Position numbers and translations under genes: made by a program. From Geosiphon pyriformis uo1 (taxonomy: Eukaryota; Fungi; Glomeromycota): a stretch of DNA of 64,000 bases. This document shows positions 49,438 to 61,518 of the stretch, one piece after another (the stretch's first letter is position 1; each line of letters opens with the position of its first letter). The notes below the pieces were generated by a model, which did no database searches, was not told where the DNA came from, and saw only the letters and a list, made by a program, of their open reading frames with translations. The stretch lies in the NCBI GenBank assembly GCA_016748015.1, contig JAAOMT010000295.1, positions 434,001-498,000 of the forward strand, written 5' to 3'.

Positions 49438-49892
49438 ATCAAAAGATTAAAAATTTTTTAATTCAAAAAATCGAATATCAAAAAAGAAAAACATTAATAC
49501 ATACAAATAGTCCAAGAAATTAAATAAATTCCAATAGCATGTTCGAATTCATCCTCTCGCCCCTCGTATGATTTTACAATACCGGTAAATGGTAAATAAA
49601 TTAAACCAAATGACATCCAGAAACCGCCATAAGAACTAAATACGGTAGCCGAGAAGGTATTTCCGTGATACATTTCCCACATCCCGGCCAGCAATTGAAT
49701 AAAACCGCCATGAAATAAAGCGAGTCCTAGACCGACATAATCGATTTTTATACCTTGAACTCCGGCGATCATCAATGAGTAGGTTAGAGTGGTAATAGCA
49801 AAAGAAGTCAGACCTAATGGCCCTGAATCTGCTATTTTTGCAGTAGATGGACGAGAATTTTCATTGTTATCAGTTTCGAATCTTTGCGACAT
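48975..49892 (-). CDS. GPR1/FUN34/YaaH (Ady2/SatP, AceTr) family transporter, paralog 1; exons 49892-49505, 49361-49215, 49105-48975; 221 aa
   Basis: ADSGPLGLTSF, GGFIQLLAGMWE, GNTFSATVFSSYGGFW; GT-AG introns join into an open frame of 666 nt. Confidence 0.93.
49376..49439. repeat. (TAAA)n microsatellite in intron 1 of transporter paralog 1
   Basis: Seen directly. Confidence 0.9.
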
Positions 49893-51221
49893 TTTGTTTC
49901 TTTGATTGATTAATTAATTAATAAACAAATAAATAAATAAATAAATATTGTTGAAGAAAATGTTGGTTTAATGATTTTTTTCTTTCTTTGAAAGAGAGAT
50001 GCTTAAAAGTGTAAGAACTTGTTGAAAAAAAAAAAAACGAGAATTTCCCTTTCATTATATAGGATTTGAAAACTGGGCAAAAAAAAAAATGGGGTGATTT
50101 CTTGATCTGATACTTAACATCATACCATTTTTCAAAATGATCTAATAATGCAGCTAAAATATCTGGTGATGTTTGCTTTTGCTCATTAAAATTAGGTAAT
50201 TTGTAAAGAAAACGTGTGGTTATTCATTGTTCGAATTATTGAATTTATCTTAAAATGAAAAAGTAATATGATCATTTCCTAAAAAATTTTTATTATTTTA
50301 ACGTTATTAACGAAAATGGATATTTCCAAAAAAAAAAAAAAAATCTTTTTTTGATTTTTGGAACTTTCTCCCATATTCAAGAAAAAAACGAAGCCAATTA
50401 TTTAAAATCAGTAAAAGTTGAAAAAACTTTTTTTTGGAATGTATAAGTTCAAGAACGAATTTAAAAATTCTTTCAAAGTATATCTTTATAATGTTGTACA
50501 GTCGCGTCGGAAAATAACGATTTATTATGTATATAATTTTTATATTTTCTCAGGTCTCGATTCACTTTCAAAACTCTTTTTAATTCTTTGAAAATCCATA
50601 ATTTTAATTTTTAATTTTTCTTTGCAAACCTTTTCAATTGCAATATGAATTGGTGTATTTATCTTGTTGAAACACCAAATTTTCTTTCCTTTACCAATGA
50701 ACACGCTGTCTTGTAAAATGGTAAAAATTTTTTTTAGAAACCCCTAATTAAATTTTTTTTTTTACAAAAAATTCCAGGCATCAATTTACTTGTTTAATCG
50801 CTATATGGAATCAAATTCCTGCGTCATAAACTACTGCTCTAGCTGTTATTAAAGAACCCTTCAATACTAAATTTTTAACAATATCACAAAGTGGGCTTGC
50901 GTTGTTTTTTTATAGCTTTTCATTCAAATGCATTTTCTTTTATAATATTTAGTCTTCCGGAGTAACAACTTTCCCAGCACTCAATGTCGGTTAATTGTAT
51001 CCGGGTACGCGTCAAGCTTTTCGCCCAAACAAAATTTTGTCCAGCCTATGTTTAAACATTGAAGGAACAAAGAAATTGTGAACGCAATGAGAAAATTTTT
51101 ACGTTTTTATTTACTGATACGTTTACTTTTTGAGGCAACTATACATCGTTACCGCCAGGGCAAGATATAACTATTTATGCGAAAGAAAATTGTAAGCCTC
51201 ATAATAAATAAATTTCTTTTT

Positions 51222-52147
51222 TTACACTTGTTTCCCGCTTCGATCACCGACCGGAAGTGTGAAGTAGCCGGTTTCTTTGGTGAGTAGTTGAGACATGGCC
51301 AGGTACCACGCAATAAAAGCCGTTAAAACTGAATTGGAACATATTAAAAAGAAATATCCGCATCATTACAGCTAGAAAACTCACCATGACGTATCGTATT
51401 TTGAAGCAAAGAAAAAAAATTTAGTTTTAATTCATTACCTCCAAATATACCACTCACTTGAGCCAACAAATTTTCCCTCAAAAATTTACTCATTGATAAG
51501 AGGAAAAAGTGAAAGAATAGGAAAAAGAAAGAGCTTATGAGGATCATGTTTGTCCGTAGAGAACAGATGAACATTATCATGGTCCCTTGGAGAAAATTTA
51601 AAAAGGTTGCGTGAGTTATTATGAACCATTTGGAACAAAGGTTTTAAAAGACTTTTTAAAACCTGCTCAGAAAGTAAAACCTACATAAAGCCCAAGCCAT
51701 CAAGAAGACTCCAAGTGCATTCTGATATTGATCCGGTGCCATCTTGTATGCTTCATTGACACCAGTGAAAGGGAAGAATATGAAACTGAATGATAACCAA
51801 AATCCAGCTTTGATTTGAGAAAGAAAATAATTTTTTTTTTTTGATTCGAACATGACAATAATCAATTTAACATCCAAAAAAACCTCCCCACTACATATTC
51901 ACCCGATAAACTCACCATAAGATGAGAAAACTGTCGCGCCAAACGTATTTCCATTATACATTTCCCACATCCCCGTCAGCAATTGCAATAAACCCCCATT
52001 AAAGAATGCCAGACCCAAGCCAATATTCATGATCTTGATATCTCCCACGCCAGCAATAAATAGCGAGTATACAAATTGGGTCACAGCGAATCCTGCAAGA
52101 CCTACTGGTGCAGGATTTGCTTCTTTTTGTGGCGATGTTAATGTCAT
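51222..52147 (-). CDS. GPR1/FUN34/YaaH (Ady2/SatP, AceTr) family transporter, paralog 2; exons 52147-51916, 51807-51685, 51585-51439, 51328-51222; 202 aa
   Basis: ANPAPVGLAGF signature, GGLLQLLTGMWE, GNTFGATVFSSYAGFW, C-terminal AFIAWY...FTLPVG; spliced frame of 609 nt is open. Confidence 0.94.
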
Positions 52148-52769
52148 TTTTTAAGGTTTATAATCGTGATGATGTATTGTTTTATAGGCTTATTAAAAAG
52201 CTTTTTATGAGTAAACTAGGTTTCTTACAAGTATTATTCTTCCTTGGGAATCAAAAAAATTGTTTAAACGATAAGGAATTGGGGAATTTAAAGGATGGTA
52301 TAAAAATTGTTTAAACGAAAAGGAAATTGGGAATTTAAAATGTTGCTGTAAATCGAGCCAAATGATCAGAAGAGTGAGACCTTTTAAATCGTAAAAATCA
52401 CCATTCTACAAATTTATATCAATTTTATGTTTTTCATATGCAAAAACATAATTGGGAACCGCCAAGGGATAAAAATTTTTGATTTATTACGCTTCGGATC
52501 ATAAAGTTTCAGTAGGTGATTAAACTTTTAATAATGTGTTTCAATCGTGTCGCGGAAGAAATTGCCCTTTCTATAAATCTTGAATTAGTCAGAGTTTTGA
52601 TTTCAGAATCAAATATTTCACTGATAAAAAAAAAGGGCTGAATAAAGAAATAAAGATGCAAAGAATTTAACGTAATATTGGTAATAAAAACAATATGAAT
52701 TTCATAAACTGAAACATTATCCTGATTTCGGGTAAAATATTGATGTTAAACCTTTTTCAAATTTAATGT

Positions 52770-53480
52770 ATAAAACGTGTGAATATTGAAACGAATGATT
52801 GATTTGTTAGCAAAGGCCAATATAAGATTCAATATGCAATCTTTTCCAAATCTACTTCACGTTTGACGATTACCACAAATTTTCAATAGGATTTAGATCC
52901 CTGACTACACGATGGCCAGTCAATAATTTCCTGCAAGAAATAAAAAACTTAGCTACTCGACTTGTATGTTATTTTTGTTGAAAGCACCACTTCTTTCCAA
53001 ACATTTCATTAACTTCTCCAACATGTTTTTGCAAAATTTCAACATAAAATCTAGCATCCATGATACGCCGAAAACAAAAATAAGCTGATTTTTTCTTTAA
53101 TAAAAAAACCGCCCACCCCAAAAAATTTTTGTACAATCTTTTGGGGGTCTTGGATGATATTGACCATTTTCCCTTGTACCAATGTTCAGTTGTGTTTAGG
53201 ATGAAAATTGGCTCATTCATACACGTTTCTGCTTTTGAGCATTGGTGTAGTAATTGGTAGGTTTTTCATATACCCAAGTGATTTTAAATGTCTGCCAATT
53301 GTGCGACATGAATATCTACTCCCTTTGTATCTAGTTTAATAGCAATTTTTTACAAAAAAGAAATTTTCTATAAACATATTGACATTGTATCCTTGGTAGG
53401 TTGGTGATTTTTACTTCACTCACTCACTCACTCACTCACTTCTACATTCTTTTTGACCGACAGATGTGGAATTATAAACA
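52770..53480 (-). mobile_element. Tc1/mariner transposase relic 1
   Basis: RTIGRHLKSLGY (HTH), MDARFYVEILQKH...WCFQQ, HTSRVAK, IIDWPS; frameshifted; TIRs not identified. Confidence 0.8.
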
Positions 53481-53589
53481 AAGCTGCAAATTTATTCCGC
53501 TTTGGAAATAATGGAAATGAAGCCTATCACATGGAATCTTATTTGATTTGGATTGGATAAAAGTTTTTATGTTTTATTTGAAAGTTTAC

Positions 53590-54420
53590 AATATACTCTG
53601 ATCACTAATTCATTGTATAATCCCCTAACTTCAATTAATGCCTCAATTCGATTTTTCATACTACGCACAGAACTTGCAACAAGCTCATCAGTTAAGCGAT
53701 TCTACTCTTTGCTAATTGGCACTTTTAATTCTACAAGAGTTTTTGTGCTATGTTAATTTTCATACGTTTTCGGTTGGTGGATTTTGGGTCAGGTGACATT
53801 GATGGCCACGGGATAACATTGATATTATTTTCCTCCTTCCAACATGGCTACTCTTTTTGAAAAATGGGTTGGAAGATGGAAGAAGACCTTGTTTGTATAT
53901 TTTAACCATAAAATCAGCATTGAAATTGTGTTGGAGGCTAACCAGCTCATCAAAATCCAAGGTTATAAAACAGCCTCATACATTTGACCTTTACTGGGTG
54001 CTTCACAGACGGGAAACTGCTAAAATTATAATGTTGGTTGGTTTAAACGAAATGTGCTTTCGTCTGAAAATAAAACTCAATTCCAGTCAAAATCTTTATG
54101 ATTTTTAGTCCACTGGAAGCGTTTTTATTTTTGTCAGTGAGTAAAGGTTGATAATGTCTACACTAATGTTAACCTTTCGTTTTTTTTTTTTCATTTCCCG
54201 TTGTATAGCAGTGATGGTTAGATGAATTTCTTTTTAGCAAGTTGTACAATTTTTGCATTTTTGTTCCGAGGTCATGATTCGGATTTTGGTTGATCACTTA
54301 GGTTTTTTGTTTCCTCCCACCTTTTAACCCAATGAAGTGCTCAAGACTACTACAATGGATGTACTATGATTTCGTATCGCTTGTGTATTGGAAGAGACAT
54401 TTTCGCGACATGGATCATTA
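53590..54420 (-). mobile_element. Tc1/mariner transposase relic 2
   Basis: Minus-strand segments VLFSDESTFRL, SVKHPVKV, NFNADFMVKIY, VIPWPSMSPD, ENV, SMKNRIEALIE; frameshifted. Confidence 0.78.
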
Positions 54421-54882
54421 AATACCTGATATAGAAGATCTATCAATCTATAAAAGTTATCAGGAATTATGTCATTCTTTTGTCTTGGGAAAATTGAGCT
54501 CCAAATTAAGCGAATCTTTATTATTATGATTATTATTATTAATGATAACATTGTTGCTAAAATTCTTATCTGTTAACTTTCTTATCCTTGTTGTTAAAGG
54601 TTTTGGTTGGGTCGTTCCCGGTAACGATATCTATTTTTCATGTACGAGTCATTTTTGGTACCTTTTTTCGCTCCCTCGGTTTCACCATTCGTTCCTTTGG
54701 TGGTCGCGACCACTGGGTGAATATCTTTTTTCTATATTTTCGCTAATATAAAAGATAAATTCAGTTAAAAAAATAAAAATATGTAGCCTCGTGGGGGTTC
54801 ATGTGATAGTGTGATTATCGCGTAGAATAAAATTACTTGTAAAAATATGTTTCCTGCCCATTTTCATATGCATTTCCCCTCT

Positions 54883-54892
54883 ATCACGTGAT
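54883..54892. promoter_or_regulatory. Palindromic E-box ATCACGTGAT about 210 bp upstream of the CNOT10-like start codon
   Basis: Perfect 10-bp palindrome containing the bHLH consensus CACGTG; function is inferred only. Confidence 0.35.
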
Positions 54893-55098
54893 CACAAGGG
54901 TGCTGCAATATCAAAAAGGGGTGTGGAAATATCAATTAATTTAATATGTGATATATTTTTATAATTGCAAATTACCATTTTTTAAAATTATTATAATAAA
55001 ATATTACCTAATTTAATAAAACAATTATTTTAAATTTTTTTTTTAAATATGTAACTCTTGATCCAATTTGCCAGTCGTACAATGATGAACTTGTTTTT

Positions 55099-55969
55099 AT
55101 GGCCTCCTTCGAAAAAAACACTGCACAACGAGCGACCGAACTTTTCCGAGACTGTAAATATGAAAAGGCTTTAAAGGTTTTAGAGGCTTTAGATGAGGAA
55201 AAAACCAGATGGAAAAAAGAGCCCGATCCTGTTGTTTTTCATAACCTTGCAATATTAAGATACCTGGTTGGACATGCTTCTCGTCCTCAAGATCTACTTG
55301 CTTCCTTGAAGAAAGTTTTATCACAAATAGAAGATAACAATTCGTCCGCTACAGTGCTTTCGACTACAGTTGGTGCAGGGAATAAGAATCTAAAAAAATA
55401 CATAGATATAAACAACAATGGGAAAGAATTTAAAGTTGAAGAGGTCAAAGACTTTGACCAATTATCTAAAAATGAGGGTTTTCTTCGAGTAGATAGTCAT
55501 AAGGAGATAGACATGGATCCAATTCAAGAAAGCAGTTCGGCTGATAGTACTGAAGATAAAGATTTGGATGCCGCAGCTTCCTCCGAAGAGGAAGGGATTA
55601 ATGGTGGAGGGATGCATAAGCTGGCTGAAATCACGCCACATTTTTCTTATAGTGACATTGCCATATATAACAAAGCTGCAATATATTTTTACTTGAAGCG
55701 ATTCGAAAGAGCACGAGCTTTGATTGAGCCTTATCTTAATGATAATATCGAACGTTTAGAAGATTCTGTCGCATGTAAAATGTCTTGGCTGTTAATTGAA
55801 ATTTATATAGTATTAAGGGAACCGGATAAGGCCTCTAAGGCGCTAAAATGGCTTGATAAGATATTTCAAGAAGCTACCAAAAAAATTCCCGTCAAGCTTG
55901 TTGCTAAAGAAGAGTTTAGCTTATATGAAAATGCCATTGAAGATCAAACGCTTGAAAATTTTCCGAATA

Positions 55970-56010
<41 letters not shown>

Positions 56011-58818
56011 AATATCCAAAACTTTGATGAAAACTTCTTAGTAGAGTTTGATGGAATGAGTAAAAAATCGACTATTGACCAAAAGCCGAAAGTTAAAGAC
56101 AGTCCCCAATCCTCAAAGAAACCATTTTCTATAATAAAGGAAAATAATGCTGAACAAACAAGTATACGCCCAAATTTGCAATTTTTCTCGAAGCAAATAA
56201 AACCTACATCTGTCTATCCTAACATAATCACAACAATTCCATCAAATTATGGTATTTTTGATGATGCTCTTGAAATTCTCAATCAACGTGTTCAGGCTTT
56301 GGAAGATAATGAACAAAAATGTTCATCACCAGAAAGTCTATCATATTTTGCTCCTGAATTTTCAAGCCGAAATAGTAATACTGCTGAGGATTTGGGTAAA
56401 CGACGAGTGATGGATGAAGCATTAATCGATTTATTAGAATATGATCAAAGGTTTGATGATGGTATAGGGTCCCTGCCATCACAACTTGGTCAGAATACTC
56501 AAAAATCTTTAAGGATCAATGAAAAAGTATCCTCTTTAATTTCTCCTACTGAAATTGATCAAAAACTCACGAAATCTTATCACAGGGCTTACTTGGAATA
56601 TTCACGCAGAAATTATAGCAGTGCGTTTAAAATTATGAAATCATGTCGGAGATTAGCACAAGAAAATATAGATTGTGATTTTAATGATAATCCTGGAACA
56701 TGCTTCATTCAACGTGAAACATGGATGACGCTATATTATAATAATCTTGGGTGCCTAAATTTTATGCTACATAAATACGCTCTAGCTGGATTATTTTTCT
56801 CCAAGGCTAGAGGCTTCAATTCAGCAAGAGATCGCAAATTAAGCCGTATAAGCTCGGCCGACATGCGTGATGGTATTGAAGAGTAATGATTTCTTATAAC
56901 TTTTACATATTCATTTTATTCTCTGAAACTAATCAATTGATTTTTAAAATGTCTGCTCAAAAGATTGCAATTTATTGCCACGATACTTTTTTGATGCATC
57001 TGCTTCCATACTTTATAACCAAGGATTAACTTGTTTGATCAACGGAAATTCCGAGGACGCTCTACGTTCTTTTGAAAAAGTTTTGGAATATCCCGAGATG
57101 CGATCGCAACCATGGTTGTGGATCAGGATCGGAGAATGCTGTTTAGATATCGATATCAAGGTATAAATGAAACCCAAAAATGTTATTATCCCATTAGTTA
57201 GTTATTTGAAATCAATATCCTCGAAAATTTTCAAAAACTGAAACTGCAGCAAAAATCTCAAGATCAAAGAAGAGGAGTTTCCATTGGCCACTCAACTAAT
57301 TTTCATCTTAGCCCGAGGTTTCCCCCAGATCCTGGTGATGTGTGAGTATGAATGCAACTTGTGAAATCAGGTTGAATTATTCATGTGCCTTCAGGAGAAA
57401 TCTTTAAGTTGCACATTAAAAATCGGTCCTTCTAAGAGCGATCGATATCGTATTTTCAAGGGACCCCCCACTTCCTTTATTGGAATACGCAATATCCAGT
57501 TTCCGCAACGCTTTGACTCATCCAATCTTTCATGAGAAATCGATATTGAACTTCGGGACTAGCCTACCTTGGCCAACTTCTGATCCAATAACCTTGGGAC
57601 CCTTTATTACATCGAAAAGAGTGGTAATAATTCGTCAGGTGGTTATGGTAAAATTGGCATACGCCCATTTAGAAAACAGATGTTATTCAGAGGCGCTATT
57701 GCTAGCACAAAAAGTAATAAACGATGAGGATACACAAATTACAACAGACGAACATATTGAAGAACATCAAGAACGCAAAAAAGATCAAGAGACTCTCGAG
57801 GACGTGACAAGAAAGCGATTGATGTTAGTATATCTTGGCTTATTCATAATCGAGTATGGATTAATCTACTATTTTTCTTTTAAAAATTTCATTCAGATCC
57901 CTAGCAAGTTGCTATGTTTCCTATTGCCGTGAGCGACTATCATTTATTTCCAGTTCAAATATATTACATGATTAAAAAATAACCTCCACTTTAGCAGGGG
58001 GTAATTTGGCAATTGCACCCAGAATGTTGCGATAGCCGCGACTATCCAGGATTCTACAACTTGGGTATTTTTGAGAGAATTCATCGAGGGCTTGCCATTG
58101 TAAATAAATCTGGATGAAGATGTAAGATCATCCGGATTATGTAAATTTAGTAATGATTTATTGTACTCATATATAAATAAGAAAAGGCTCACCTTAATAC
58201 GCTGATAGGGTATGTAGATATATGCGTATATAATTGAACTCTTAGATTGAAAAACTTGTAATGAGATATGAATATGAATATGAATATTATTATGATATCA
58301 AGATTAAAATAATACCAATTAATCGAGCTCGGCAAATGGATTAGCATGGATGAAGACAGATTTGATTCGTATTTCTTGTATTGGTCGACTTTTCTCATCT
58401 ACCGGTACTTTTTCTATCGCGTCCAAAGTTGTGTCGATTCCATCAATGACCCTTCATTTTTTGAGCACCATTTAATTGATTTTAAGAAAAGACGTATTTT
58501 CCAAGAAATGATAAAGAAACTCACTTGCCAAAGACAGTATACTTTGTATCCAAATGAGGTAGTTTCGCATACGTGATGAAAAATTGTGATCCGTTAGTAT
58601 CAGGGCCACTGTTAGCCATTGATACTATACCCCGAGCGTTATGCTAAATTTATGTATTTTTATGATTGGGAAATTTAAGTTTCTTTTCTTAAGGATTAAA
58701 GATAGGGATTGCTTTTGATGCTCAAACCTTCAATGAGGATTTGATTTCATCTGCGAATTTTCGTCCCCATATCGAATTGCCACCTTTGCCTGTTCCAGTT
58801 GGATCCCCTGTCTTTTGA
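55099..58818 (+). CDS. CNOT10: CCR4-NOT complex subunit 10-like TPR protein; exons 55099-56872, 56964-57160, 57251-57341, 57461-~57822; later exons and 3' end not fully resolved
   Basis: [26 protein letters not shown] and ILYNQGL...[11 protein letters not shown] match the characteristic CNOT10 blocks (FWNNLGCIHF; LLYNCG...PRLWLRLAECC); N-terminal VVFHNLAI; contains an Asp run (GAT)n at ~55970-56008. Confidence 0.82.
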
Positions 58819-59417
58819 GATCAATAGTTGTTAAATGAGCGATCAAAGACCAAAAGAATGTCAAATAGATGTACCTGTACTATGAAAGATTTTATATTTC
58901 TTTTTTTTGGAATTTAGTTTAAATTAGCATATTGCAAAATTGGAATTTCAAAATTTGATTGTTTCTCATTGTTTCTCTTTTACCTGTGAAATAAACAATT
59001 ATCATAATATCCAGTGGCACATAGAGCTAGAAAGTTCTGGTTTGCACCCAAAACTCAGATTCGAAACAACCAAATAATAACTTTTATAGATAATATTAAA
59101 TGCCGAACCTCAGCTGTTCTAGGTACTGCCTCACAGAAAACTTCAATTTTAATATCCCCTAAATCTGTGTGCAGTGTTACGGACTTTGAGGAGGGTAAGA
59201 AATTAAATAATTATTTTGAAATTTGAACGCCCTAATGCATGGAAAACCCTATTTTTCAAATACTACCATTATTTCTTGAGATTGCTGTCTAATTAGAGAG
59301 GATTATAATAAATTAAGTAACCGAGCATCAAGAATTGTCATAATTTCGACCTGCGTAGATCCCACAACGCGGAATTGAAATGACTCTGAACGCGTAGACA
59401 ACCAAACTCTTCCCACA

Positions 59418-61499
59418 ATGAGTTGGCTATTTGAATATTTGAAAACCTTTTTACTTTTGCATGATGATATTTTAGCTGAATATTACGTGAGTATTCTTGA
59501 AGATGCAGAATTGCCAAGAGAAGAAAAATTCGACATTATAAGAGAGAGTTTACGTGAAAGTGGAAGCCCCGTTTTGACCGTATGGATTTAAGATTTTCCA
59601 AGTGTATTTTTGAGTAAACTTCTAAAACTTTTCTCACTTTATGGCGCACCTTTATTATATAGTCAGATGAGAAAATTCAAGAAGCTGTAACAGAGATAGC
59701 CTCAAAATATCATATCAAGAGGGAAGAAAATGTCCATGATATAATATCTAGGACTCCTGCGTTCAACCCCTTGGCCAAAGAATTTGTACCTTCTCTTAAT
59801 CCTGAAGCCCAAGAATTTATACCTTCTCTTACTCCCGCACCCAAAGATTATAAGACTTGCCTTCAAATTCACCCTGTTATTTACGAAGAACAAAAGATTG
59901 AAACAATCGCATTGCATCACAGTTTTGGGAATTTGTCATTCAAGAACTCTGAGGATTTCAATGAGAATGATTGGATTGAACCTTTAGAAGAAGAAAGCGC
60001 CCTATATCCAAATATGTCTCCAACCGAATTATTGCATGAAGTATTTACAGATATCGATCCAGACTTATTGATAAAAATATTTGAGCAGAACAATTTTGAT
60101 CTGGAATGCACTTTGAATTCTCTCTTGAATCTTAAATCTGAATCAGCTGAACAAAAAAATCAAGGAAAACAAATGTGTCGTTTTTTCTTGGAAGGCAATT
60201 GTTTGAGAAAAGATTGCTTATACTCTCACGAATTGCAGAATGTTGTCTGCAAATTTTGGTAAGAATTTTTATTCTGAAATCATCCTATTTTGTTTCTCAA
60301 AAAGAGAATTAAACAATGATACCACATAGGATGCGTGGGAAATGCATCGCTGGTGACTCATGTGCTTTCGTTCATGATATTGATATCTCCAAATTCAAAG
60401 ATGTATTCGCAACGAATAATACCCACCCCAAATACAATCTAAAAATTCCCGATACCTTTGACAAATCTACCTTCCCGGATCTTTCCTCAAAACTAGCTAC
60501 CAAAAAGATCTCTTTTTCTTCACCCTCGCAATTTGCTAACATAATCAAGCGAAGACGTCTAGCTGAACAGTTGCCTTGGATTGACATCAAGCTTATCGAT
60601 TCCAGATTAAAGGCATATGAAAACAAGATGGAAATAACTGCGGCGACTTTAAAAAAAGAATACCCCCGTCCGGATAATTTTATTATAACTAAACCTACAG
60701 CAACAAAACCGACTAGATCACAGCGTTCTCTTGTGGTAAAGCCACCTGAGCACATTCCTTGGCTTGTCACTGGGAGTGCTTTATCAGCAGATTACAAAAA
60801 ATATAGATCACAAGCAATTATGTGCGGTCGAACAAGGAATGCAGTAAGTCGAACCCTACCGATTCTCCAAATTTCAAGTGTCTTGGTTCTTGTGAAATCA
60901 AGTGGACAAATTCAAATTAACGTTTAACTTCAATGGTATTCCTTAACGATTAATTCAAAGCTATATGAACGTGCATCCAATTCTTACAAAGTTAATCGAG
61001 GTGACTTGGCTAAAAAATATTCCCTCGAAGCGCAAGAGTATAATATACGGATGCGTGAACTTAACCGTGAAGTACGGATTAATTTCTCTTTAGCATAATG
61101 GTTTTTGTGATTTTTCACCCTTTTCTTTGAATTAAATAGGCTTCGAGACAAATATTCAATGCTCGAAACAAGGAGTATGGTAAAGAGCCATTTATCGATT
61201 TACACGGCTTACATGTTGATGAAGCGGTCGAGTTTCTCGAGGTAACAAGATTTTTCTTAATATCTTGAAAAGTGAATATCGCTAATTATTTATCAATTTA
61301 GGAATCATTTGAGGCTCTAGAAAATGAAGATTACAAGGGCTTGGTTTATATTGTAACTGGAACAGGTCATCATTCCCAAAATATGAAAGCAAAGCTTGGA
61401 CCGGCAGTTCAAGAATGGTTAGAAGAATGGGATTATGAATATTGTGATTGTTCAAGAGACAAACGTTATGGTGGTATGCTCTGTGTTGAAATACAATAA
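59418..61499 (+). CDS. PAM2-CUE-(CCCH)2-DUF1771-Smr domain protein, putative RNA-surveillance endonuclease; exons 59418-59579, 59663-60258, 60330-60843, 60961-61071, 61140-61241, 61302-61499
   Basis: FNPLAKEFVPSLNPEAQEFIP (PAM2 x2); LHEVFTDIDPDLLIKIFEQNNFDLECTLNSLL (CUE-like); CRFFLEGNCLRKDCLYSH and CKFWMRGKCIAGDSCAFVH; IDLHGLHVDEA and IVTGTGHHS (Smr). All introns are GT-AG and in frame. Confidence 0.92.
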
Positions 61500-61518
61500 A
61501 ATGGCGCAAAATTTGGAA

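Noticed and set aside
48975-52147. Recent bacterial horizontal transfer of satP/yaaH
   Set aside because: Both genes have spliceosomal introns and the family is native to fungi; nothing in the sequence supports recent transfer.
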